Of a stretch of DNA of 64,000 nucleotides, positions 50,559 to 63,671 are shown piece by piece. Under the pieces are notes generated by a model. That model ran no database searches, was not told where the DNA came from, and saw nothing but the letters and a program-made list of their open reading frames with translations. Location of the stretch: the NCBI GenBank assembly GCA_964016885.1, contig OZ024745.1, positions 59,024,001-59,088,000 of the forward strand, written 5' to 3'. Every line of letters begins with the position of its first letter. Within the stretch, counting starts at the first letter, position 1. Made by a program: the position numbers and the translations under genes. This DNA comes from Eledone cirrhosa. Its lineage: Eukaryota.

Positions 50559-50789
50559 GTATGAAGAAAGTGCTCAAGCACAGAAATGCTATAAATATAG
50601 CTTATAAAATAGGATGAACACCCTTAAAAGATAGAAAAAGAAGTTGCCATCAGCTAGTTGGCATCTGGAAGATATGGGGTTCAATTCCTCATAGCGGCAG
50701 ATGGCAACTTCTTCCATCTTTTAAGGCTGTTCATCCTATTTTATAAGCTATCTTTATAGCATTTCTGTGCTTGAGTACTTTCTTTATAC
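50559..50789. mobile_element. Fold-back MITE: ~95-bp arms around a ~42-bp tRNA-like loop
   Basis: Arms 50559-50654 and 50697-50789 are reverse-complementary; TA-repeat flanks. Confidence 0.85.
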
Positions 50790-50823
<34 letters not shown>

Positions 50824-53800
50824 CTTTTAAAAAAGAATTGGACTGTTCTGTAGAATAAAAAATAAAATAAAATAAACAGTAACTGAAATATATTCCAAAT
50901 TGAAGACATTCTGAAATATTGGTTGGAAGGGTTGACATAGACCAAGTCAGTACTAAAACAGGGCTACTGACTGGTCTCCCAGACACTCTTAAAAATTCTT
51001 TAAAATATCCATATAAATTAGTATTAAAAGTTAACTTTTAATATTCTGTAATGATTTAGTGGAAATTCTAAAAATAATTCTTTTGTTTATAGTATCTTCC
51101 CTAGTGGACAGATTGTTATGAAAATTTGCAGTGAACTAAAGTACAGACAGTTATAGAGTCATCTTGTACTTTTCAAGACTGTCTTGCTAATGTGGTGACA
51201 TGCAGTACAGGACATTAAAGGTTAAAGAGTGTAACACAAAAACAGGACAGATTTTAAAATATTAGAATGAGTCTACAGATACATAGGATATGTTCCTAAT
51301 CTGAAATTGGTCGACTGATGACCTACATGATAAATGCACCCAGTACACTCTGTAAAGTGGTTAGTAATATGAAGGGCATCCAGCCATAGAAAACTTCTTA
51401 AACAAAGGGTTGGGATGACTTTTCATCTGCATCAAGGACAGAGTAACCTCCCTAGTGCTAGTACCATGATAAAATACACCCGGTGAGGACATATTTAAGA
51501 AAGTTGTGGGTCACAGACCCATCTGAGAGGTCAGTAGCTCCAATTAAATACTGACTTAGTCTGTAATGATTCATCCAAACCTTGTTAGCAGGGAAAACAA
51601 ACATATGATGATTTTATGTCTAATATATCACTTCATCAGTATTAGGTGATCTACACAATAAACGCACCCAGTACATGCTGTAAAATGGATGATGATAGGA
51701 AGGGCATCCAGCTGCAGAAAGCCTGCCAAACAAAGAGTTGGGAAGACCCTTCAGTTGTGTCAAATACATGACAACCTCTCCTGTTCACTTGATGGAACAT
51801 AAAATCATGCATAAGTGAGACCCCTGCCCCAGCCAGCCAGTCTGGGAGGTCAGTAGCCCCACTTTAGTACTGACTTGGTCTATGTAGACCCAGCCAACCT
51901 TTGTTAGCAGGGAAAGAGGATGTTAAACAACAATGATGAGGGAAAATTAATCATGAATAAAATAAAAAAATTATGATCTAGAATTTTCTCAAAGCCACGT
52001 AGTCCTGGGTGAGAATTTTATCAAAAGCAAAGTCTGTTAGGGGTCTAGGTTTTAGTTATGATAGCTATTTACTACATGTTTCAGTATTTCATATGACTGT
52101 AACTAGATAATGTTTCCTAATTAAAAATTTCTAATTTAAGCACAAGGCCAACAATTTGTGGGGTGGGACCTCAGAAGCATAAAAAGCAAAGTTGACCTCA
52201 GCAAGATTTGAACTCAGAATGTAAAGGGTCGTAACTAAATGTTACAAAATATTTTGACTGACACACTAACAATTCTGCCAATTCCCCACTCTTAATGATT
52301 ATAATTAATGACAACACTTAAAAATAAAGGAAAACTACATGATTCTTTAGTAAAATAATAAATGTGAAATAAAGTGTCTTGCTCAAGGACATAACACATT
52401 GCCTGGTCTGGGAATTGAAATCACAACCTCATGATTGCAAACCTAATTCTCTAACCACTCAGCCACGTGCCTTCATATCTAACTTTAAAAAAAAAAAAAC
52501 TAATTTCTGAAGATCATATTAGAGACAGCCAAAATATATATTTGATGATCATGTAATGTTTCTTTTGGAAACACTAAATAATTCTCATAATGGTCCAGTA
52601 GTGTGTATATATGTTTGTATATATATGATTTAAGCACCTTATTTGGTGGCTTGTGTGCTCTTTTGATCCAGTGATCTACACTGGCAAGAATCTAACTTCT
52701 GGTAAGACCAACTATGCCAGACAGGCCAAAGAACCTTAATTGTTAGAGGAGTAAAGCTCAATAACATTTTTTTTAAAAACCTAGAAAAAAAACCCACCAT
52801 GGGGTGGCAGTATAGTGGAGGTGTGATATCAGTGGAGGAAGTAGAATTAAGTCAACAAGGATTCATACCAGATGCTGAGCAGAAGAATGTCATGTCAACA
52901 ATGAGGATCAAAAGATTTCATTAAGTGAAAAACTGCAGCATGTTTAACAAGTAGAACCAAATGCATATATCAATGCACAATCAAAACTCATTTAAAAAGA
53001 AAAGTGGTGACCCAATAGTTGACATAGATCAATGGTCTTATGAGACACTTTTAAGTATCTAAAATTATAAGAGGATCCTTCTTATGTACTCTGGATTTAG
53101 ACTATTCCTCACCACCACAATATAGTTTGGCTACCCTAAGTGCTCAAATTATAGCATATCATTTATAGACACTTTAATGTAGCTCAATTTCACCATTATT
53201 ACTTTCAGTAATGTCTATAAATATTTTATAGAAGTAAAACTCTATGAATAAGTTAATAATTTATCTATTTCATTGCACTTTATCAAATATTCCTGTACAA
53301 TATAATTAGCACACAAACAGATCTGATTGATAATGGTTAGTTTTTAAATTATAAAGAAAGAAGAAATATATGAAATAATTTATTAGAATGCACTCTCTCA
53401 CACATGCACTAGAAATTAGTAACATGCTTACAAGAGCACACACAAATATATATATATGTATATATATATATACATCATCATATGTATATATGTATGTATG
53501 TGTGTATGTAATCCTGTATATCACATAGGAGGTAATATATAAATAACACAAATGTAACAAAAATGAAAAACAAAATTTCAATAGTTTCATCAATATAACA
53601 TAGAGACGTTTCACAATTTAAAAGTATATATAATTGTAATAAAAATTATAATAAAAAAAACAAACAAACATTTTTGTCAGTTTTTCACACTGAACAAAAT
53701 ATAAAATATCATGATACTTAACGCATTTATAACAGAGTAAATATAATCTTTTCTTTTAGTTTCAAAGCAAGCATCTATAGAAAAGTTATTGATATGTTGG

Positions 53801-54811
53801 CCACTATCAAAAGGCTCATGCATTATGAACATTTTCTCCAGATTTAGTCAAAAGTTCTCATTCACTTTATTATTATGAAGATAAAAGGAAATTATGTTAT
53901 AACCAGCTGAGATATCAGGATTTGAAGTGTAACACTGAAGTTGGGGATCTAAAAGAGACAACAGGTACACTGTATCTAGTTCAGATATAAATAATATTAG
54001 TAAAGATAAATATTAAAAATCAAATGTGTGCTGTATTTCACCTGGAAGACTTCAAGGATTAGTAGTTTAGGATAGAATGAATTTGAAGAAGCAGAAATCT
54101 AGCATTCAGTTGAATATAAATGTATAAACTTCAGGAAAAATAGCATATCATCTTGGAGATTATTTCCTGGCATCACAAATTTTGCTGCAGGTCTCCTCCA
54201 ATTCTATACTAATGGTTTGCTGCTGCAGAATTTCAGCTCAAAAACAATGAAAGTCTTTTGTTTGCATGTAATGCATCAAAAACTGAACCGACTCAGAAAT
54301 CATTAAATAAAACAAACAAACATAATAACTCCCTGAAAGGAATAAAACTAACAGTTCATGTCTTCACGATCTCAACAGTATAAGTCATACTAAGAAACTA
54401 CTTCAGGTTATTGTTGAAATGTTTCAAATCGAATCCAAAGAATGTATAGCATTAGAAGCCTATCTCACTAAGATGGGTAAGTGGAGAAAATACAATGAAA
54501 CCTTAGATATCAGATTAAGGATCAAAAGATAAAATCTATTTCTTTTCCTTTGAAATGTAAAAGAATAAGATGTTCTGAAATGAAGTGTAAAGAGATAGCA
54601 ATAGCCAACAGACCTTGGTTATAACAATAAGTGGATAAAAAGCTTAAAATCATACCCCAAATAACATTTATCTTATCATTTTACTAGCTATTACTGGTCA
54701 TATGGCATGATTATGATGACACAATGAATTTATTCTAAAATTCATGATATCAATAAGGATTTCAGTAAAGACATAATCAATTTTAAAAAATAATATTTCT
54801 AATAACAACAA

Positions 54812-55460
54812 ATAATAATTGTTTCTACTTTTGGCATGAGGCCAGCAATTTGAACGGAAAAGTCGATTAAATCAACCCAGTGGTACTTCATTATTTAAGG
54901 GTACTTTATTTTTTGACCCTGTAAGAAAGATAGGCAAAGGTAACTTCGGTGGGACTTGAACTGAGAACATAAAGGGTTGAACTATATGCCACAAAGCATG
55001 CTGTCCGACACTCTACTGATACTGCCAATCCACCGCCCTAGTAAAAATAATAATTGTTTCTATTTTTGGCACAAGGCCATCAATTTGCGAGGACGGGGAA
55101 GTTGATTGTATCGGCCCCAGTTCTTAATTGGTACTTTATTTTATCGACCTCTGGAAGGATGAAAGGCAAAGTTGACCTTAGAACATAAAGGGTCGTAACT
55201 AAACGCTGCAAAGCATTTTGTTCGATGCTCTAATAATTCTACCAATCCACTGCCCTAATAATAATAATAATAATAATAATTGTTTCTATTTTGGGTACAA
55301 GGCCAGCAATTTGAAGGAGAAAAGGAAGTACATTATATGGATCCCAGTACTTCACTGGTACATTATTTTATCGGATGTAAAGGGCCATATCTAAATGTCT
55401 CAAATCATTTTGTCCGATGCTCTAAAGATTCTGCCAGTCTGCAGCCCTAATAGTAATAAT
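54812..55460 (-). mobile_element. Tandem cluster of 3-4 family A SINEs just downstream of the JMY-like stop codon
   Basis: Repeated AATTGTTTCTA..GGCACAAGGCCAGCAATT..GGCAAAG..GAACT. Confidence 0.8.
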
Positions 55461-55570
55461 AAAATCACGCAAAACAAAAGTGGTATTAAATAGAATCATT
55501 CAAACATACAGAAATAATGAACTAACAAGGGTTTCTGGTTGGATGGGTGTGGGAACAAGGCAGCTTTGTG

Positions 55571-55788
55571 TTAGTAATCGTCAAAGTTGTCATAATCACT
55601 GTCATCAGACTCAGGGGAACTGTCACGAGTGAATCGATTGATACGGTTAAGACTCTCCTGAAGTAGTTTCAGATGAGAATCACTTGGGATTGGTGAAGGA
55701 GAACCACGTTCACAGCCAGAGTCCCGCTCAGAAGCTGGGCGTAACTTGACACCCTTCTTGATCATATCTAATATGTCATCCATAGGAT
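55571..55788 (-). CDS. JMY: JMY/WHAMM-like terminal exon (WH2-C-A)
   Basis: ttttag acceptor; DPMDDILDMIKKGVKLRPAS...LLQESLNRINRFTRDSSPESDDSDYDNFDDY-stop. Confidence 0.9.
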
Positions 55789-58700
55789 CTAAAAAATATA
55801 AACAAAAAAAACAGAAATTAACAAAAGTATAAAGATTATTAAATATGTATGCAAATAAGATTGTCAATTGCCTAAACTTGAACGTAAATACATCTAAAGA
55901 TAATTCACTGCGACTGAGCTTTATAAATATATACACAGTCCTATATGAGCAAGACATGGTCACCTGACTCAACTTGCCTCTAATGGGACAACTCGTCTAA
56001 CCCATGCTAGCATGGAAAATGGAAGTTAAACGATCATGATAATAATTGTTTCTACTTTTGGTACAAGGCCAGCAATTACCCAGTGTATTACTGGTACTTT
56101 ATTTTATCGTCCCCGTAAGGATGAAAGGCAAAGTTAACCTTGGCGGGATTTGAACTCAGAATGGCAAGGGCCGTAACTCTATGCGTCAAAGCATGGCGTA
56201 TGACCCATGATGATAATTGTTTCTACTTTTTTCTTATGATACAGAAATAGACCTGAATGCACACTCGTACATCACAAAATTAAGAATAATGAACATGGTA
56301 CATATATTTTAATGAATCTACTTATCTTTACAACCTTCATTTACGGTATATGAATGGTTAAAATATTTATTTGAACTCTACAAGGGGGGCAAATTTTAGA
56401 AAAGATTAAAAACTTCTTTGAAATCTATTAATACAATTCTATTCTATTGAAATCTATTAACACAATTTTAGCAACCTTGAAAGCCATCAACAGATTTATT
56501 TTGATGGCTCTGGAACCAACAAAGTGTTTATGATCTAAAGACTATTGAACAGAATGAATTTTTAAGTACTTCCAGAAGTCAACAGAAATAGATTGTCTTC
56601 AATTTGTTGGTGCCAGAATGAGAGACAGTTTTGAGGTTAACTGACTATCTAAGGCTAAAGTTTGTCTCAAGCCAGAAGGCTCGATAGGTCAGTGCTTATC
56701 TCAGTTTCATGACATGAAGCAACTGAGAGTACAGTGATTTTTTTTGTCATGTCATCAGCATGACCGCTAAACATGGTGGACTAGAGTTTCCTGTCATATC
56801 AATAACACAGCCATCTTATAGAGTGCATTCGGAGATTCATTTTTTTTTTATCTAATAAAGGATCTTTTACATGGCCACTTGACCTGCTATAAATAGCAGT
56901 TAAATTTATCTCATATTGCATCCTACCATCTTACAGAAGGAAAGAACACTTTGAAGAGTGTAGTCTTAAATACACTATATTTGAAAATTAATTGGGATGG
57001 TGATGGCTAAAATACCTTTTATAATTGCTCTGCTTACTTAAGGCTGACATGTGGCTAAATAACAACAACAGCAACATCAATTTTTCTAAAGTATTAAAAA
57101 CAAATAAAGAAACAAACTACCTTGTTTGATGGCCGGTGGTTTTGTGTGACGGCTGGCTGGTTTGAGACGGTTCTTACAACTTAGTATACTCTCCAAATTT
57201 GGAATGACCGATTGGGTTCTGGTAGAGTCAGCAGAATGTCCATTTAAGTCTTTTAAAGCAGTTTGTTTTTTGATAAATACTTTATTATCCGACGATGACA
57301 AAGGTAGCAAAGGATTTTTCTGCTGTTGCTGTGTTGGTGGGGGTAATGGAGGTGGTGGAGGTGGTGGTGGCGGTGGTGGTGGTGGTGGAGGAGGAGGGGG
57401 TGGAGGTGGCGATGAAAGGGGCAGCGATGGCACAGATGGGACTTGTTGAGAAGTGACTGAGGGAGGAAGAATGTCTGTTGGCGGTGACACATCAGAGATA
57501 ATTTCTGGTGATGTGGTGGCTGTGGATGAAGACGCAGTTGGAGATAGTGAAGGAGACGAGATAAGCTTCTCGTCAGTGGTCACTGTTTTCTTTTCACTAA
57601 GTCCTGATTCCTTGCTGTCCTTTACTGCCCCAGCACCAGACTGAAATATCTGAATGTCAAAACCTGCCTGCTGTTTCCTCTTACTACGCTTTCTCCAGTT
57701 AGCAGTAGAATCTTTACAATCAGATTCTGGAAGGTTCAGTGTTAAAGGAAGAGACTCTGGTGACTCAGAAAGTATGCTGGAATTGGTAACTGATCTTTTC
57801 TGTGATTGGGCAGTTTGATAATTGTGTGGCCTGATTGTAGATGGTGTTGGATATTTCTAGAAAAAGAAAAGAAAAAAAAAGAAAAGATGAAAAGCAGTAG
57901 AAAAAATAACCGGAAAGAAACCCTCCACCCCACCTAATTTAAATACATTTGAAAAATGTGGACAATATATTAATGAAAACACTGAATTTCGTTTACATGT
58001 ATTTATTTTTTTTTATTGTCTATTGGCGTGTTTCACAGAGGATTGGCTCAAGGACATTCATAGATATCGATCTGCTCTTCAGACTGGAGATTCAACAAAA
58101 CAATGCAGCGTTTATATAATAAAAAATAATGAAATTATTGTGTAAAGTGCTCAGGTGCACTACAACTCGTTAAAGGTACATGTATAGTACATAGAATAAT
58201 ACACAAATGTCAGGGAAATGAATAGTGTTTGTTGTGATCTGTGAGATGATGGGTATATATAAGCATTGCCCTATTTCTTTTCATATGTAAGTGTTTATAT
58301 ACATATTTTCATGTGCACATGTGTGTGCATCTATTCCTTTGTGCTCGTATGTCTGTGTGTACTTTTGTTGCCAAAAGATATATAACTCAATAGAAGAATA
58401 TCACCATACTGAGTGGAAAGTGAACAGCAATTATTATAGTTTAGGATCACAAAAACCAAAGAATGGATACAAAACTCATTCTTACCAACTTATAGTCTTG
58501 GAGACGCTTGATGGCCTTTCTACGTTCTTCTTGAATGAATTCCTGTTTGGAATCCACTTCTTCTTTTTGTTGCCGACGTTTCTGAGAATAAGAAACAATA
58601 TCATCATTATCATGTCAACATTTTCTATGCTAGTATGGGCTTGACAAGACTTTTCAAGGCAGTGTTTTACAACTGAATGCCCTTCCTGGCACCAACCTTT

Positions 58701-59615
58701 TTAGTCGCTTTTTATGACATACAAGGATACGGTGTACCAATTCTAAACCAGATACACACAGTTCTGATAGAAGAAAGACATTTTCTGAATTAGAACTGTT
58801 ACTAAATAGTGCATTCATTTAAGTAATATATGGGCGTGTATAATACTTGAATAAATACAGTAATATATTGGTGTGTGTTATACATGAATAAATACAGTAA
58901 TAGATAGGTGTGTGTTATACATGAATAAATACAGTAATAGATAGGTGTGTGCTATACCTGAATAAATACAGTAATATATAGGTGGGAATTATACCTGAAT
59001 AACTACAGTAATATATTGGAGGGTATTATACTTGAATAACTACAGTAATATATTGGAGGGTATTATACTTGAATAACTACAGTAATATATCGGGGGGTAT
59101 TATACTTGAATAACTACAGTAATATATTGGAGGGTATTATACTTGAATAACTACAGTAATATATTGGAGGGTATCATACTTGAATAACTACAGTAATATA
59201 TTGGGGGGTATTATACCTGAATAATTACAGTAATATATTGGAGGGTATTATACCTGAATAAATACAGTAATAGATAGGTGTATTAAACTTAAATAAATAC
59301 AGTAATATATGGTTGTGTATTTTACCTGAATAATTACAGTAATATATTCATGGGTATTATACTTGAATAAATGCAGTAATTTAAAAGTTCTAAAGACACC
59401 TCTCCTGACATACTCTTACACAGAGTAATAAAAAGAGAAGACAGAGGGACATGTGTGCACACAAGAGAGATAGAAAAGATGAAATAGAAAAAAAGAGAGA
59501 AGGGAGAGAGAGAGAGGAGTAGACTTACAAGCTGTATCGTGTGATGTTGCTGAAAATGGATCTCCATCTTGTTTTTCTCTTCTTCTTTTTGTTGTTTTTG
59601 TTTCAGTAATAATAC
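55571..59615 (-). CDS. JMY: JMY/WHAMM-family actin nucleation-promoting factor, 3' four coding exons (5' part not found in the window)
   Basis: Exons 59615-59529, 58581-58486, 57856-57121, 55788-55571; GT-AG introns with consistent phases. The join reads HFQQHHTIQL-KRRQQKEE..FIQEERRKAIKRLQDYKL-KYP, matching the recalled JMY HHTVQLKR..QERQRTLDRLRTFKQRYP block, then poly-Pro, WH2 (DPMDDILDMIKKGVKLRP), C helix (LLQESLNRINR) and an acidic tail. Confidence 0.85.
57121..57856 (-). CDS. JMY: JMY/WHAMM-like exon with poly-proline tract and first WH2-like motif
   Basis: Long pyrimidine tract + ttctag; 736 nt open; donor G|gtagtt, phase 1. Confidence 0.88.
58486..58581 (-). CDS. JMY: JMY/WHAMM-like exon (KRRQQKEEVDSKQEFIQEERRKAIKRLQDYKL)
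   Basis: tctcag / gtaaga, 96 nt. Confidence 0.87.
58823..59379. repeat. 37-bp minisatellite, ~15 copies, in a JMY-like intron
   Basis: Unit AATAACTACAGTAATATATTGGAGGGTATTATACTTG. Confidence 0.93.
59529..59615 (-). CDS. JMY: JMY/WHAMM-like exon (coiled coil, ..FQQHHTIQL)
   Basis: atgcag acceptor, gtaagt donor, 87 nt phase 0-0. Confidence 0.85.
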
Positions 59616-60477
59616 CTGCATCATTAGAAATAAGAAAAATGATGTGGCATTAAGAGAAAATAAAAACTTTAATAGATTTATTAATCAACAACATAGTTAA
59701 TGCGGTTATAAGAGAAATGGCGAAGTGACAAAGAAGAATGTGAAAAAGTAGCTATCCTAACACCACATCAAGTTATCTTATATTGGGATATGTAAAGTGG
59801 TTGCCATTAGGAAGGACATCCAGCTGTAAGAAGCCAAAGCAAAATATACAATTAGGATCTATTCACCAGACAGGCATGGTTTCTACAACAGGATGTCTTT
59901 CCTGACACCATCGATCTAATGGGGTGTAATGCATCCATTTTTCGTGACACTAGTACTGAAAACGTTCTTGATGATTGTCTCAAATTCCAATATAGAGCCC
60001 TCTCTACCCTATGGTGTGTGGGGTGGGGTGGGGGGCAATAAGTATGTTAACATGGTGGTGTACCAAGTGTGGTGGGATTTAAGAGGGTGATGAGTAAAAT
60101 GAGGTGATGATGGTGACCTATGATAGCATGTTGGGGTGGGGGAGTACTATGATGTTAGTAGCTACTAAGGTGTTATGACTGGGTGTCAGGATTTCAGAGC
60201 TGGGAAGTGTAGAGATTAGCTACTATTTCAATAGTTTTCAATGTATCTGATTTCCCCAGTAGTATATAATCCCAAACTAACCAAGCATATATCTAAATAT
60301 CTTACTAAAAGGCAACATTTCAAAGAATATATTCAAACATAATTTTTTTTTTTTAGATTTGTACTTCTAAGCTCCAGAGATTCTAGAACAGATACTAAAG
60401 CAAGTACATTGGATAAAAATAGAGATACCAAATGTGTTGTGAAGGGGAAAATAATGGTGAATATTGTTAGTAGTGTA

Positions 60478-60800
60478 CAACATCATTATCATTGTTTTAA
60501 TGATTGTTTCCATGTTTGCATGGGTTGGATGGGTCTTTCCCGGCACAACATCCCCCAATTCACTGCAATCCTTTGTTATCTCTGTAAACCTCAGCAACTT
60601 GAGATCAGCTCTCACAACTTCTATGCAAATCTTTCTTGGTTTCCCTCTACTGCAGCTTCCTTCCCACTTCTTAACCCATATGCATCACATGCTCATACCA
60701 GCACAGCCATCTCTCCAGTACACTGTATCTGATTCCTCCTATACCCACTTTTCTCTCAGCTTATCTATGTTTTATCATTCACACACATTAACAAAGCACA
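60478..60800 (-). mobile_element. Old RTE LINE 3' end
   Basis: (ATC)n, TTTCCATGTTTGCATGGGTT tail; RADLKLL on the minus strand. Confidence 0.7.
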
Positions 60801-63671
60801 TCTAGTAATATAAAAATACAGCAAGACATTAATTGGTAATCAGTTTGCCAGCTGTATTTTCAATCAAATACATCATTAACATTTTAACCTTGATTAATTA
60901 TAAAAATATCTCAACTTTACATTATCATTATTTACTTGGCTGGTGGATTGGCAGTATTGGTAGAGCATGTGGCCTAGAGTTACAGCCCTTTACGTTTTGA
61001 ATTCAAATCCTGTCGAGATTAGCTTTGCCTTTCACCCTTACGGAGTCAATAACATAAAGTACCAGTAATGTACTGGGGTTGATTTAATCAACTTTCCCCT
61101 CCCCCAAAATGGTTGGCCTTGTGCCTAAATCAGAAACCTTTATTTACTTCATTGACTAGATCTACATATTAGTATATTTTCATGAATCGTACATGTTGGG
61201 TTACTCTAACTATTTTTCAAGTCTTCCTGGCATACTTTACTCATATGTCCTCTTTGCTAACATCCTACATCAACAATTTATCCCCCTCAGCTCATATCAT
61301 CCAATCGTATTACTTGTACATGTAAGAGCAATGACATCTCCTGCACTTACTTCAGCCTGTTTTTAACCACTAGTTGTTAAGAGAAAATTTTGTATCCCAA
61401 TTTTTTGGATAGAGCATAACCTTGCATGGCAACTAAAACGGTTGACACCAGGAGGGGGGGGGGGGGGGGGGGGGGGGCAAGGTGCGCCATAAAACACACT
61501 GAAAATGTCCCAACCAAATCATGGAAAAATGGACATCATAAACAATGATGATGATAATGATCTTGTGATTATATAAGAACAAAACAGAATTTGAAAGATA
61601 TTCCAGCTTACAAATCTAATTATGTTTTCAGAGAAAAAAAAAATTATTTAATAAATCATAGGGACAAAACAGAAACCATTTTTTATGAAGACAATAAGTA
61701 GCTTGTATGTAAACCACTTAACATTCTAATACATCAAAATTTCCCTAAGGGAAAACAGACTCTAGGTTCCAAAATGGCATTCCTAGCTTACAATTGCAAT
61801 GGTTAGATAGTAAACTAATTATAAAATATAATTGAAATAAAGTCAATATGTCAAATTTTAAAGTGCGGCAAAGACTTGAGAGTAAAGACTGAGACTTAAC
61901 TACAGACTTAATAAACAGGTCAGTATGTTAAATAATGTGTTACATTCTTCTAATCAATTGAACCAGATTAAATTAAATTCCAGTATTATGAGATACAATT
62001 GGTATGAGATTATAGTGTTGGATTACAAACCATGTAGCCAACAGATCAAACTGTAATCATTTCATTTTATGTCCGCTTTTTTCCCTGCTTGCAAGGGTGG
62101 GACGGGAACTGATTCTGGCTTGATTTCTACAGCTGGATGCCCTTCCTAACACCAACCTCATTTACAGTGAGTGCTGGGTGCTTTTTTGCCGTGGCACCTC
62201 CACGACCACTTTGCAGTGGAATGATATGGATCTCAGTCCCTATCATCTCATTTCTACAGCTGAGTAAACTGGAGCAATGTGAAATAAAGTGTCTTGTTCA
62301 AGGAAACAACACATCACCCGGTCTGAAAATTGAACTCACAACCTTTCGATTGCAAGGCTAATGCTCTAACCACTAAGCCATGTGCCTTTCGAGCTTAATG
62401 TAATATAAACATTAACTGTTCTATTGCTGTATATCGAGTGAAATATTTTGTATTTTGTTATATTTAGGGAAGGTCATGTTGTTATAATATTACCAGAAAA
62501 ATATAGTAAAATACATTCACTGTTTGGTTTGGACTGGTTTTTGCTTCAGTATATTTTTTATATTTCTATAATTAATTCAGCTTGCAATTATCATTGATTG
62601 ACCAACAGTTAAAGATTTAAATATAAATATATTTTTTGTGACATATTTTTTGGCTTGTATATGAGTATATATGGTAATTACTTTATTGAATTCTTCTAAA
62701 TACTTTGTATTTTAATCAGTTAATAATTTACTAAAATTATAATTTCATTAAGATGATATTTATAACATAACAAAATGTCATTAGATAAAATTATGCTGGA
62801 AGGTTTTAATTTAAGCAAAAATCCTTTAAAATGTTATGTCTAAGAAATATGCAAAAATCCAAACCCTGTTTATAAGCGGAGACAGGTAATCAACACATTA
62901 TGTTCAGATGGGGCAGTTTTGAAATTCTCATGAGTGGAGAATATATTTATGAAGTTTTAATATTTTGATATTTAAAATGTTTTAGGTGTTGTTTGGAGTA
63001 TATTTTTCTGATTCACAATTCTATTACATAATGATTATTTACCAATTTACAGTGGTTTTGAAGGTCAAATTCATTCAAAACATAAAAAAACAACACAATA
63101 GGAAATACAAATTTCACGTCGAAAATGAAACCAGTGTAACTCCCAAAGCAAAAATATTTTAACACCTCATTTATGCACAATTTTTGAAGTTGGTGAAAAT
63201 TAGTAAAATACTGACCTCGAATATAAGTCGACTCCCCACCTCCCTATTTCACCATTGATTTTTTGCGACATATTTTTTGGCTTATATATGAGTATATACA
63301 GTAATTACTTTATTAAATTCTTACAATTTTTTTATAATTTTAAAAATAAATTAAAACAGATAGGCAGAGTATTTCATTAGAAATGTGCTATTTTTTATTC
63401 ACACTATGCCTCTAAAATAAATCTTTGAAAAAGAAATAGAATACAATAACATCGCTCTGTTGCAGAGGAAAGAGAGAAACAATTCTCTCATTTTCAGGCT
63501 TATTAACGAATTCTTGTAACTGTTCTGAAAATTCAATGTAATTAATTCCAACCTGTTACTCTTGTCACTGTTTAGCAGGTGTTTGTGTGTGTGTGTTAGC
63601 AGGTGTTTGTGTATGTTAGCAGGTGTTTATGTGTGAGTGTGCAAACAGATGGAGATATCAGTAACCTAGAC

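Noticed and set aside
57162-57644. Gly-rich plus-strand ORFs
   Set aside because: Antisense of the poly-proline exon.
58823-59379. Regular 37-bp repeats resembling a CRISPR array
   Set aside because: Units are contiguous with no unique spacers; eukaryotic intron; no cas genes.
63444-63524. Possible further JMY-like exon on minus (QLQEFVNKPENERIVSLFPLQQSDVI)
   Set aside because: Weak donor and no resemblance to the expected LRNKK-type coiled-coil block; unsupported.
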